DNA of 64,000 bases from Minisyncoccota bacterium. Lineage in GTDB: Bacteria > Patescibacteriota > Patescibacteriia > Patescibacteriales > UBA12465. Positions within the stretch are counted from its first letter, which is position 1. Every line of letters starts with the position of its first letter. The notes below the pieces were generated by a model, which was not told the DNA's origin, did not search any database, and was given only the letters and a program-made list of their open reading frames with translations. Below, one piece after another: positions 1 through 9,418 of this stretch. Location of the stretch: the NCBI GenBank assembly GCA_021734405.1, contig JAIPJA010000002.1, forward strand, positions 1,145 through 65,144. The letters run 5' to 3'. The translations under genes were made by a program, and so were the position numbers.

Positions 1-33
1 TTAATTTTAGGCGTAATATTCTTTTTATCAGCC

Positions 34-1473
34 ATGATAACAGGCATGTTTTCGCTGTGGAAAGGTAAAAATGATGATTGGTTGGTAGGTTCTTATAGTT
101 ATGATTATTTGCCAAAATTGGTGTTTATAAAAAGCTTTTTAAATGGTCTTTGGCCTCTGTTAATAATCGCCATTCCCATGGTTTTAGCTTTAAATGCAGT
201 TTTTTATTTATCTGTTTTTAGCATGCTAATAATATTAGTATTTTATGTGCTATATTTATTATTTGTTTCCGCTCTAACTTTGCTGTTTATTTTAGCAGTG
301 GCTAGGCTATATCTGGCTTTGAGCAGGGAAATAAAAGGGCTTAAATTTAATTTTAAAATTTACTTTATTATTTTAACTGTATTAGTTTTAGCTTTAGCTT
401 ATTGTGTTTGGTCTAGTGCTTTATCTTTAGATGTAGTAGAACTTTTTCAAGCTAGTGATACTAGTGTGTCTTCAGTTAACTTATCAGTGATAGTTAACAA
501 TTTTATTTATCTGCCTTCACATATTATAGCCATGGGTATTTTTTATACTCAAACAGCCGTAACTGGAGCTTTAAGCTTATATTTAGTCATTACTTTAGCT
601 TTAAGTTTTTTAAGTGTGTATTTGTGGTTTAAATTATCAAAACTGTATTTATTGCCTTGGCAAAAATTAAAGGAGGGGAAAGGTTTTGAAGCTGGTAAAA
701 AAAATCAGTCTAAGCTTAAAGTTTCTGGGTTTAAATTTTCTGGCTCTGTCTCTGGAGCTTTATTTAAAAGAGAATTATTAGTTTATATTAGAAATCCTAA
801 AAATTTAACTTGGTTTGGTTTTTTGCTGTTTATTTGGCTAATACAGGTAGCAATTAACTATATGTTGGCTAATACTTTGAATATAAATGATATTAGTCCC
901 AACATTAAAGATACGGCTTTTCAAGCTTTATCTTTTGTGGTAGCAATTTATTTTATTTCTGCTTTTGTCCTGCGTTTTGTTTTTCCAGCTTTTAGCTCTG
1001 AGCGAAAAACTTTTTGGCTACTAAAAAGCGCACCTATTGACTACAAGAAGATATATTATATGAAGTATTTATTTTTTGCTGTTTTCTTTGTAATCTTTGG
1101 TCTAGCCTTGCAATATTTAAGTCTTGATATGTTAAATTTAACTTGGGTTAGTTTGTGGCAATCACTTTCCATGTTTTTTGTTTCTATACTTTTTATAACA
1201 GCCCTTGGCTTATCTGTAGGAGCTCTTTTCCCTAATTACGAGACCGATGATCCTTATGTTATGAGTACTAGTTTGCCAGGCATTTTTTTGCTTATAGGCT
1301 CTCTAATTTATGGTTCTTTAGCAGCTTTCTTAATTTATTCTTACCAAAACACTTTAAATGATTGGCCCATATATGCTTTTATAATTATATCTTGTGCTTT
1401 AATTTTAGCTTTATTAATATTTACTCCTAAGTTTTTGATTAATAAAAAAAGCTCTAGAAAATTAATCAGTTAA
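34..1473 (+). CDS. Polytopic membrane protein, function unknown. The frame stays open back to nt 1, so the true N-terminus may lie outside the window.
   Basis: 479-aa ORF with many hydrophobic segments and a basic central loop (KLKEGKGFEAGKKNQSK). No diagnostic catalytic motif seen. Confidence 0.6.
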   Translation: MITGMFSLWKGKNDDWLVGSYSYDYLPKLVFIKSFLNGLWPLLIIAIPMVLALNAVFYLSVFSMLIILVFYVLYLLFVSALTLLFILAVARLYLALSREIKGLKFNFKIYFIILTVLVLALAYCVWSSALSLDVVELFQASDTSVSSVNLSVIVNNFIYLPSHIIAMGIFYTQTAVTGALSLYLVITLALSFLSVYLWFKLSKLYLLPWQKLKEGKGFEAGKKNQSKLKVSGFKFSGSVSGALFKRELLVYIRNPKNLTWFGFLLFIWLIQVAINYMLANTLNINDISPNIKDTAFQALSFVVAIYFISAFVLRFVFPAFSSERKTFWLLKSAPIDYKKIYYMKYLFFAVFFVIFGLALQYLSLDMLNLTWVSLWQSLSMFFVSILFITALGLSVGALFPNYETDDPYVMSTSLPGIFLLIGSLIYGSLAAFLIYSYQNTLNDWPIYAFIIISCALILALLIFTPKFLINKKSSRKLIS

Positions 1474-1542
1474 TTTTTAAAATAGCTCGGTTTTGGTAGC
1501 TTAAATAGAGTTTTTAGGTATAAAAAAGTTGCCTTTTTAGAC

Positions 1543-1571
1543 TTGACAATCGTCTATTATTCGTCTATAAT
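1543..1571 (+). promoter_or_regulatory. Consensus sigma70-type promoter of the Fic gene. The ATG lies 8 nt after the -10 box, implying a leaderless or near-leaderless mRNA.
   Basis: TTGACA 1543-1548, 17-nt spacer, TATAAT 1566-1571, ATG at 1580. The spacer carries the direct repeat TCGTCTAT (1550-1557 and 1561-1568). Confidence 0.6.
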
Positions 1572-1579
1572 ATGTATAT

Positions 1580-2608
1580 ATGTTTAATCCAAAATATACA
1601 ATTTCCCATAGATTATTAGGTAATATAAAAAGAATTGCTGGACTTGTTTCTGATTTAAATCATCGTAGTTTTTCGAATATAATTTTAACTGAGTTAGAGA
1701 TAAGAGCTAGGGAAATATCAGTTTTTTCTTCCACTAGTATTGAGGGTAACCCTTTGCCTTTAACAGAGGTGAAAAGAATTTTAAAAAATAAACCTGATAA
1801 TATTCGTGATAGTGAAAAAGAAGTTTTAAATTATAATCAAGCTTTAACGGAATTAAATTTTTTAATTAAAAAAAATAGAATTAACTTTGATGCAAAATTA
1901 ATTTTAAAAATTCAAAAACTTATTACCGAAGGTTTAATTGAAAAACATCGTTGTGGTCAAACTAGGCAAGAGCCAGTATTTGTTAATAATCCAAAAACTC
2001 GTCAAGTTGTTTATTTGCCACCTGATCAAAAGGAGGTTTTGCCTTTATTAAATGAATTAATTCATTATTTGAATGAAAATAAAAACAAAGTTGACTCTTT
2101 AATTTTAGCAGGTATTTTTCATAAACAGTTTGTTATAATTCATCCTTTTGTTGATGGTAATGGACGCACTGCTCGTTTAGCAACTAAAATGTTATTAGCC
2201 CAAATGGGTTTAAATACTTTTAATCTTTTCAGTTTCGAAAATTATTATAATCAAAATATTAGTAAGTATTTTCAAGAAGTTGGTGTTTTCGGTAACTATT
2301 ATGATATAAAAGATGAAATTAATTTTACTTCTTGGTTAGAATATTTTAGTGATGGTATTATCGATGAACTGCTTCGTGTTGGTAAAGAATTGGATAGACA
2401 GGCTATTTCACCTAAGACTGAATTAAAAGAGCATCATCAACAAATTATTAATTACATTAAGAAACGAGGATATATTACTGATAGACAGTATTCTCAATTA
2501 ACTACTAGAGCTAAGCCGACTAGAAATTTAGATTTTAGAAAATTAATAGATTTGAAAATAATTGAAAAGCTGGGACAGGGAAAGGCAACTTATTATAAGT
2601 TGAGGTAA
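1580..2608 (+). CDS. Fic/DOC family protein (AMPylase-type fold) with a C-terminal winged-helix-like tail
   Basis: Fic core motif HPFxxGNGR is present as IHPFVDGNGRTARL. Length 342 aa. Confidence 0.85.
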   Translation: MFNPKYTISHRLLGNIKRIAGLVSDLNHRSFSNIILTELEIRAREISVFSSTSIEGNPLPLTEVKRILKNKPDNIRDSEKEVLNYNQALTELNFLIKKNRINFDAKLILKIQKLITEGLIEKHRCGQTRQEPVFVNNPKTRQVVYLPPDQKEVLPLLNELIHYLNENKNKVDSLILAGIFHKQFVIIHPFVDGNGRTARLATKMLLAQMGLNTFNLFSFENYYNQNISKYFQEVGVFGNYYDIKDEINFTSWLEYFSDGIIDELLRVGKELDRQAISPKTELKEHHQQIINYIKKRGYITDRQYSQLTTRAKPTRNLDFRKLIDLKIIEKLGQGKATYYKLR

Positions 2609-2659
2609 TTTTGATTATAGAATTTTTTTATTTTATATTTTTACAATCAATCTTAGTGG

Positions 2660-4795
2660 TTATTTACTGACTTTATATAATCTCAAACTATTGGCAACCA
2701 CAGATACGCTAGAGAGACTCATAGCCACAGCAGCTATCATCGGGCTAACTAAACCAAAGATGGCTAAAGGAATGGTTATGATATTATAGATAAAAGCCCA
2801 GAATAGATTTTGTTTAATTATTTTGAAAGTTTTTTTAGATAATTTAATAGCGGAATATATTTTTTCTACTTGGCTGTTTATGATAATTATTTGTCCCGAC
2901 TCCTTAGCAATATCTGTCCCAGAGCCCATAGCAATACCTAGGTCGGCTTTAACTAAAGCTGGGGCATCATTTATGCCATCACCAATAAAGATAATTTTTT
3001 TACCTTGACTTTGTAAGTCACTGATGACTTGAAGTTTTTCTGCTGGCATTAATTCAGCTTTAAAATCATTTAACTTTAATTTATTAGCCACTTCTTGAGT
3101 GGCACTTTTATTGTCCCCACTTAGAAGTAGGGTTTTAAGTCCTAGACCTTTAATTTTCTCTATAGTTTCTTGAGCTTTTCCTTTAATTTCATCTTTTAAA
3201 GTGATAGCACCGATTATTTTTTTATCCTGAGCTACAAAAAGAATATTTTTTCCGGTTTCTGTTTCTTCAATTTCTTTTAGCCACTCATCGCTGATATTGT
3301 GCTTAGCCATTAATTTTTTATTACCAAGATACAGGGTGTTTTTATGATCTTGGCATTGACCAAAGATGCCTAAGCCTGGCTCTTCTTTAAAGTTAATAAT
3401 ACTAGCCAGGGGCAGAGTTGTTTCAGCTTGATAATTACTTAAAGCTTGAGAAAGCGGGTGATTGGAGTTTATAGCTAAAGACTGTGCAATTTTTAATATT
3501 TGATTTTTATCTATATTAGAGTCAAAATGGCTTAATATTTTTTGTACACTAATTTTACCAGTAGTTAAAGTCCCGGTTTTATCAAAGATAACAGTGTCTA
3601 TATTTTTAGCTAATTCAAAACTCTCTCCATTTTTTATCAGTATCCCTTGTTTAGCGCCTATGCCGGTTCCTACCATAATAGCTAAAGGCGTAGCTAGACC
3701 TAAAGCACAAGGGCAGGCAATGACTAAAATAGTTACTGCTCTGATAATAGCCATAGAAATTGAGCCACTAACAAAAAATAAACTTATAGCTGTGATTAGA
3801 GCTATAGCAATGATAATTGGTACAAAAACAGAGGATATTTTATCAGCTAGTTTTTGCATGGGTGCTTTAAATTTCTGAGTTTCTTCAACCACTTTAATTA
3901 TTTGGGATAAAGTTGAGTCTTGGCTATTTTTGCTTACCTCTATAGACAAAGTACCATCAAGATTAATAGTAGCGCCAAAAACCTTTTTCCCAGGCTCTAA
4001 ATTTAAAGGTAAACTTTCTCCAGTTAACATAGACTGATCGACTGTGCTAGTTCCAGAAATTACTTTACCATCTAGGGGAATTTTTTCTCCAGGTTTAACT
4101 AGTATAATTTGTCCTACTTTTACTTCTTCAATTTTTACATCTTTAGATTTATCTCCCTCTATAACTCGAGCAGTCTCAGCTTTTAATTCCAGTAGTTTTT
4201 TAATAGCTTGAGAGGCTTTTTGTTTACCTCTACTTTCTAAGTATTTGCCCAGAAGTATTAAAGTGGTAATAGTGGCAGCACTTTCAAAATATAGGTGTTG
4301 ATTATTTAAAAGAGCCCAAAGACTAAAGAAGTAGGCTGAAAGTGTTCCTAGAGAAATTAGGGTATCCATATTGGTTTGTCCTTTTTTAATTAAAAGGAAA
4401 GCGTTTTTATGGAAATTATAGCCTAAGATAAAAACGACTATAAAGCTAAGATGATGTTGTAGCCAAGGATTCATTTCTAAGCCAAACATAATTAATAACA
4501 AGGGCAGGGTAAGGATAGTTGCTAAACTAACCCTTATGAGCGACCAGTTATTTTCTTTTTTGCTTTTATTATTTTCTTCATCCTCTTCACTGATAACTTG
4601 GTAGCCGACTTTTTTCACACTTTGTTTCAACTTATCTAAATCTATTTTTTCAGGATTATACTTTAAGCTAGCTTTTTCACTAGCATAATTTACAGATACG
4701 TCTTTTACGCCATCTAGCTGGCTGAGACTTTTTTCAATATTGAAAGCACAACTACTACAGTGCATACCAGCAATTTTTAAATTTATTTCTTTCAT
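2660..4795 (-). CDS. copA: Copper-translocating P1B-type ATPase
   Basis: N-terminal HMA motif GMHCSSC, CPC motif ([11 protein letters not shown]), phosphorylation site DKTGTLT, hinge GDGINDAP. Confidence 0.9.
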   Translation of the reverse strand: MKEINLKIAGMHCSSCAFNIEKSLSQLDGVKDVSVNYASEKASLKYNPEKIDLDKLKQSVKKVGYQVISEEDEENNKSKKENNWSLIRVSLATILTLPLLLIMFGLEMNPWLQHHLSFIVVFILGYNFHKNAFLLIKKGQTNMDTLISLGTLSAYFFSLWALLNNQHLYFESAATITTLILLGKYLESRGKQKASQAIKKLLELKAETARVIEGDKSKDVKIEEVKVGQIILVKPGEKIPLDGKVISGTSTVDQSMLTGESLPLNLEPGKKVFGATINLDGTLSIEVSKNSQDSTLSQIIKVVEETQKFKAPMQKLADKISSVFVPIIIAIALITAISLFFVSGSISMAIIRAVTILVIACPCALGLATPLAIMVGTGIGAKQGILIKNGESFELAKNIDTVIFDKTGTLTTGKISVQKILSHFDSNIDKNQILKIAQSLAINSNHPLSQALSNYQAETTLPLASIINFKEEPGLGIFGQCQDHKNTLYLGNKKLMAKHNISDEWLKEIEETETGKNILFVAQDKKIIGAITLKDEIKGKAQETIEKIKGLGLKTLLLSGDNKSATQEVANKLKLNDFKAELMPAEKLQVISDLQSQGKKIIFIGDGINDAPALVKADLGIAMGSGTDIAKESGQIIIINSQVEKIYSAIKLSKKTFKIIKQNLFWAFIYNIITIPLAIFGLVSPMIAAVAMSLSSVSVVANSLRLYKVSK

Positions 4796-4899
4796 ATATA
4801 AAGTGATTATTTGTGTATTAGTTTTTCCGCTTTTTATCTGAGATTTTTTAAATCTATAGCTAATTAGCTAATTTATTTAAGTTTTAACAACTGCAATTT

Positions 4900-6228
4900 T
4901 TAACTTTTAGCTTCAACAATAAATTTTCCCCTGATCATACCCATCCAACAACTAAAATTAATAGTGCCTTCTTTGTTAGGGGTGAATTTTACTATGTTTG
5001 TGCCTTGGGTAAGTTTTTTTCTAATTCCCATACTAGGAACAATAATTTCATTATTACAACCAGTAATTTGTTGACCATTAATAATCCATTTTACTGGTAC
5101 GCCTGACTTTAATTTAATTACGCTGGGAGTATAGCCTCTATAATCAACAATCATATTTACTACCTGCTCATCTTGTGTCTCTTTAGCCTCTACCTTAGCT
5201 TGAGAGCTTAAATTAATATTTACACCTTGCACAGCTAGAGCACTGCTTAAGGTGTAGAGGGCGAAAATAATTATAGCTAGTCCAGCTACTTTCTTAAATA
5301 AGTTTGATTTAATACGCTTAAAACGATTGCTAGCAATGCCTACACCCATTAAAACTGGCAAGGTGCCCAGAGCAAACATAGTCATAATTAAAGCTCCAGA
5401 AATAAAGGAGCCACTAGCCATGGCAAAAATTTGCATTGATTGAGTAAAGCCACAAGGAAGAAAAAAGCTCAGTGCGCCTAAACCTAAAGGTGTCCAGGCT
5501 TTATCTGAGTTTTTTAGCTTTTGCCATTTACGTCCCACCTTTTTATTTAAACCGCCTTTAAAAAGATTAATGGCTGGAGCTAGGTTTAATATATCTAAGG
5601 CTAACCAAATAAGTATTAAAGCGACAATTATTGAAACCCAAGACATGAAAGTAGCAGAGATAGTAAACAAACTGCCAATTACACCCAAGAGTCCCCCTAA
5701 AAGGAAAAAAGCTAGAAGTCTGCCTAAATGAAAAAGACCGTGAGGTTTAATACTACTTTGATAGAAATTACCTTTATTTTCATATTTAGCACTAAAGCTA
5801 ATAACTACAGCCCCTACTACCATTAAACAAGTGCTAAGTGAAGCCACTATTCCTACTATTAGAGCCATGCCATAACTTAAATTTTCTCCAATTATTACTT
5901 CAGGTATTATATTAGTCACAGAGAGAAGTCTGTATAGAAGGTATAGGCTGGTTAAAATTAAAAGAGTGAGCCCCCATTGTTTAAGGTTAATTTTCTGGTT
6001 AGCTTTGACTGGTTTTTTATTATTATCAATTTCATAGCCTAACTTTTCAATAACAGCTTTTATTTTTTTGGAATTTATTTTAGAGCTATCATATTTAGCC
6101 GTACATTGACCCGTTTTGTAGTCTACTCTAATATCCTTAATACCTGCTAGTATTTCTACTTCAGATTCAATTAAGGTTTTACAGCTAATACAGCTAGTAC
6201 CTTTGATTTTAAAGCTTATTTTTTCCAT
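4900..6228 (-). CDS. Fusion protein: HMA metal-binding domain, polytopic permease core (TauE/DsbD-like) and a C-terminal cupredoxin-like domain
   Basis: N-terminal GTSCISC motif, about 8 hydrophobic helices, and a C-terminal block ...KLKSGVPVKWII...FSCWMGMIRGKFIV typical of cupredoxin-like domains. Sits between csoR and copA. Confidence 0.7.
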   Translation of the reverse strand: MEKISFKIKGTSCISCKTLIESEVEILAGIKDIRVDYKTGQCTAKYDSSKINSKKIKAVIEKLGYEIDNNKKPVKANQKINLKQWGLTLLILTSLYLLYRLLSVTNIIPEVIIGENLSYGMALIVGIVASLSTCLMVVGAVVISFSAKYENKGNFYQSSIKPHGLFHLGRLLAFFLLGGLLGVIGSLFTISATFMSWVSIIVALILIWLALDILNLAPAINLFKGGLNKKVGRKWQKLKNSDKAWTPLGLGALSFFLPCGFTQSMQIFAMASGSFISGALIMTMFALGTLPVLMGVGIASNRFKRIKSNLFKKVAGLAIIIFALYTLSSALAVQGVNINLSSQAKVEAKETQDEQVVNMIVDYRGYTPSVIKLKSGVPVKWIINGQQITGCNNEIIVPSMGIRKKLTQGTNIVKFTPNKEGTINFSCWMGMIRGKFIVEAKS

Positions 6229-6262
6229 ATATTTAAAAAGACTTTAGTATAAATTATTAATT

Positions 6263-6544
6263 TTATTTATTATATAACTTGGTGACTTGTAAAATTTCTT
6301 TAGTCATTTTATCTTTTTGTTTTTCATTACTGCTTTTCATGGCTCTGGAAAAACAAGTTTTTATGTGATTTTCCATGAGTTGAGCATGGGCGGATTTTAG
6401 AAGTCCTAGGGCAGCTAAGTTTTGTTGCATAACATCAATACAGTAATCTTGTCTTTCCATCATCTCTGTTATTTTATAAATTAAGGAATGGGCCTTTTTA
6501 AGAGTAGTAAGGGTTTTTTTATACTCTAAACTATTTTTGTTCAT
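6263..6544 (-). CDS. csoR: CsoR/RcnR-family metal-sensing transcriptional repressor
   Basis: 93 aa, with the ligand pattern C35-x24-H60-x3-C64 of Cu(I)-sensing CsoR. First gene of the copper operon. Confidence 0.85.
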   Translation of the reverse strand: MNKNSLEYKKTLTTLKKAHSLIYKITEMMERQDYCIDVMQQNLAALGLLKSAHAQLMENHIKTCFSRAMKSSNEKQKDKMTKEILQVTKLYNK

Positions 6545-6585
6545 ATTTTTTAGATAAGTATTTTTTAATATAAATTATATATTTA

Positions 6586-6604
6586 ATACCTGGGGGGTAG
6601 GTAT
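6586..6604 (-). promoter_or_regulatory. Candidate CsoR operator: G-tract flanked by inverted ATACCT/AGGTAT arms
   Basis: ATACCTGGGGGGTAGGTAT lies about 42-60 nt upstream of the csoR start codon. The architecture matches the known CsoR operator type. Confidence 0.6.
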
Positions 6605-6653
6605 ATATAATTTAGCATTTATTTTAAAAGCTAGCAAATTAAATGGAAATATT

Positions 6654-6662
6654 TGCTATAAT
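6654..6662 (+). promoter_or_regulatory. Extended -10 promoter element TGCTATAAT for the metallophosphoesterase gene
   Basis: TGCTATAAT lies 41 nt upstream of the ATG at 6704. The same 9-mer recurs upstream of several other genes. Confidence 0.5.
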
Positions 6663-6703
6663 TTGCTAAAATACAAAAGTATTATTTAGTAATATATTTT
6701 CTT

Positions 6704-7771
6704 ATGTTTTATACAGTAGTTTCTTTTATGCTTTTATTTCTATTTATAGCCTTGGGCATCTTTTTAGCAGGGAACTTAATAATTACAGCTTTTTCCCTGG
6801 TTTCCAGAAATAAAAAGCTTTTTGTTTATTTATTAGTTTGCCTAAGTGTTTTTTTCTTTATTATTAGCTTGCCTTTAATAAATACTTATTCTAGTACTTT
6901 AGCTATTTTATTTCACATAATTGCAGCGCTCCTTCTGGGCTTAAGTTCTCAGTTAATGCTTTTTGGCTTGTTATTTTATCTTATAAGTTTTTTTAAATTT
7001 AAAAAGAAACTTCTAGCTAAAATTGCTTTAGGTTTATCTTTAATATTTTTCCTTTTAGGGCTATATAATGCTTTTTATCCTAGAGTTAAAACTATTGTTT
7101 TAGATGATTGGCTAAAGGAGAATAAGGTGGTGCATTTATCAGATTTACATTTAGGTTATTTTCACGGTGTTAAATATTTAGATCGTGTAGTTAAAAAAGT
7201 TAATAGTTTAGAAGCTGATGTTGTAATTATCAGTGGTGATTTATTTGATGGTAATGATAAAGATATAGCTAAATTTATAGAGTCTTTAAGTAAATTTAAA
7301 AATCCAACTATTTTTGTCTATGGTAACCATGATGTTTATTTATCTGATGAGTCGGTAGGCTCAGTTATTTCTCAAGCAGGCTTAATGGCTTTAAGCGATG
7401 AGGCTAGGGTAATAAATGATTTAGAGATTATAGGCTTTGACTATTTAAGTCGTGAAGATAGTAATATTAGAAGAAAAATTGATAATTTATTAGTAGAAAA
7501 AACCTATCCTCGCATAGTAGTTAATCATGTTCCAGTTGATAGAGCTGAGGCCAAAGCTTTAGAGGCTAATTTAATGTTGTCTGGCCATGCCCATAGAGGG
7601 CAAATTTTTCCACTTTCGCTGATTGTTAGGCTTATGTATGGCAAGTATTCATATGGGCTAGAAAATTATGAAGGTATGTCAACTTACACTAGTGCCGGTA
7701 CAGGCACTTGGGGGCCGCCTCTTAGAACTTTATTTCCTGGAGAGATTATTTTCTTTCAGGGAATTAAATAA
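6704..7771 (+). CDS. Membrane-anchored calcineurin-like metallophosphoesterase
   Basis: N-terminal TM helices followed by the motifs HLSDLHLG, GDLFDG, GNHD and GHAHRG. Confidence 0.8.
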   Translation: MFYTVVSFMLLFLFIALGIFLAGNLIITAFSLVSRNKKLFVYLLVCLSVFFFIISLPLINTYSSTLAILFHIIAALLLGLSSQLMLFGLLFYLISFFKFKKKLLAKIALGLSLIFFLLGLYNAFYPRVKTIVLDDWLKENKVVHLSDLHLGYFHGVKYLDRVVKKVNSLEADVVIISGDLFDGNDKDIAKFIESLSKFKNPTIFVYGNHDVYLSDESVGSVISQAGLMALSDEARVINDLEIIGFDYLSREDSNIRRKIDNLLVEKTYPRIVVNHVPVDRAEAKALEANLMLSGHAHRGQIFPLSLIVRLMYGKYSYGLENYEGMSTYTSAGTGTWGPPLRTLFPGEIIFFQGIK

Positions 7772-7844
7772 ATAGTTAAAATTAGTGATCTTGTAACATT
7801 TTTCTGGTTTTAACGAATACTACTGTAGAGGATAACTTAAAAAT

Positions 7845-7970
7845 ATGATGCATAGATTTGAAACAATTAATTTAATTTCTGGGGATAAAATGTATATCCC
7901 TGCTTTTGTTGTGGCCAAGTTTAGTTGGGCCAGGAAAAAATTAATTGTTTTAAATAGTTTATATGATTAA
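7845..7970 (+). CDS. Possible 41-aa small protein (MMHRFETINLISGDKMYIPAFVVAKFSWARKKLIVLNSLYD)
   Basis: ORF below the track cutoff. GAGGA lies 12 nt upstream of the ATG, and an intrinsic terminator follows at 8016-8043 in an otherwise empty 306-nt gap. Confidence 0.3.
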   Translation: MMHRFETINLISGDKMYIPAFVVAKFSWARKKLIVLNSLYD

Positions 7971-8015
7971 GGATTAAATCATTTCAAAGAATAAATAATA
8001 ATTAAACAATATTTT

Positions 8016-8043
8016 TCCCGGCTTAACTAGTCGGGATTTTTTG
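8016..8043 (+). terminator. Rho-independent terminator
   Basis: TCCCGGCT ... AGTCGGGA stem followed by a T-run. Confidence 0.6.
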
Positions 8044-8077
8044 TTCTTTGAAATATTAACCTTAAAAAATAAATGTT

Positions 8078-9310
8078 ATGGCTAGAAAAATTTTATTTAA
8101 GTACTTTATTGGCGCTCTATGGCTATCTTTTAGCAACTCCTTTTCCTTTGCTGTTTATCAATTATTTCTTTATTCCTTTGACCTGTCTTTATTGCAAATA
8201 AATTTAGTTAACCTAGCTTTTATGATTTCAGTTTTTTTATTGGAAATTCCTACTGGAGCTTTTGCTGATAGTTTTGGTCGAGGTAAGTCTGTAGCTTTAG
8301 GTGCTTTTATAACAGCTTTAGGGTTTACCATTTATTTTCTCTCTGGAATCTTCTATCTATTTTTATTGGCTGAAATAGTTGTAGCTTTAGGTGTTTGTTT
8401 TATGTCTGGGGCCATGGAGGCCTGGATGGTAGATACCCTAAGAGATTCAGGTTGGAATAAAGATTTGCGTCCTATTTACCAGAAGGAAGCCGGTTTTAAC
8501 TTAATAGGGATAATGTCAGGAGCTTCTTTAGGGGCTTGGGCTGGTAATTCAGATTTATCTTTGCCTTGGCTTTTAACAGCTATAGGTATGATGATTTTCG
8601 CTTTTTATAGCTATTTTGTTTTTAAAGATCAAAGTTCTAAATCTAAAAAGATAAGTTTAAGCTTGGCTCCAATTAAGAAAGTTGCTAAAGAGAGCTTGCA
8701 TTACGGCTTTAGGCACAAAGAAATTTTTTCAGTAATTGTTTTTAGCTCAATTTTAACTATTAGTTTCCAAGCTTTTAATATGCAATGGAACTTATTGCTT
8801 TCCACTCACAATGTAGAAGTTTTTAAAATGGGCTGGATTTTTGCTGGTATTAGCTTAGCTTTGTATTTAGGCTCACAAGTCGCTGTGTTTTTAGCTAAAC
8901 CCTTTAAGTCAGAGAAGCTATCAATAGTTTTTCTGCAACTCATCACGGCTTTAGCTATGATTTTGGCAGCTTCTTTTGCTAGTTTGTTGGGAATTTTAAG
9001 TTTTTTCCTTTTACATGAATTTGGTTGAGGAATTATTAGACCACTGAAAAGAGCTTATTTAAATGATCGTATTGAGGGTAATAAGCGGGCCACAGTTTTG
9101 TCTTTTGACTCTATGATGGTTAAACTGGGGGCAGGTATAGGCCTTATAGCTTCAGGAGTCTTGGCTGATATAAGTTCTATTTCTACCACTTGGTTGGCTT
9201 CAGGCGTTGTGGCTCTAATTGCAGTTGTTTGGTTTTCTGGGCAAGAGTTAAAGGTTATAAAAAAAGAAAATTTAAAGTTAAGGAACAAAGCCTTGTCTTT
9301 AAAAAGCTAA
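8078..9310 (+). pseudogene. MFS transporter interrupted by a single in-frame TGA (9026-9028). The two halves, 8078..9028 and 9029..9310, are in the same frame.
   Basis: ORF 8078..9028 ends ...LLHEFG*. The same frame continues GIIRPLKRAYLNDRIEGNKRATVLSFDSMMVKLGAGIG... with further TM helices and ends at 9310. Confidence 0.65.
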
Positions 9311-9325
9311 AATAAATGGTTTATG

Positions 9326-9356
9326 AAGCAACTTTTAATAAGTTGCTTCTTTTTTT
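9326..9356 (+). terminator. Rho-independent terminator after the MFS gene
   Basis: GAAGCAACT / AGTTGCTTC stem followed by T7. Confidence 0.75.
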
Positions 9357-9366
9357 AAGCCATTTT

Positions 9367-9375
9367 TGCTATAAT
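9367..9375 (+). promoter_or_regulatory. Extended -10 element TGCTATAAT
   Basis: Exact TGCTATAAT upstream of the gene starting at 9419. Confidence 0.5.
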
Positions 9376-9418
9376 ATATTTAGCTTAAATTAGATAATAT
9401 ATAATTAAAATTAATTTT

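Noticed and set aside
9026-9028. Genome-wide UGA reassignment (code 4 or 25), or selenocysteine, as the explanation for the in-frame TGA in the MFS gene.
   Set aside because: No other conserved long gene in 64 kb contains an internal TGA. TGA ends at least four genes at expected positions. No SECIS-like hairpin follows the codon.
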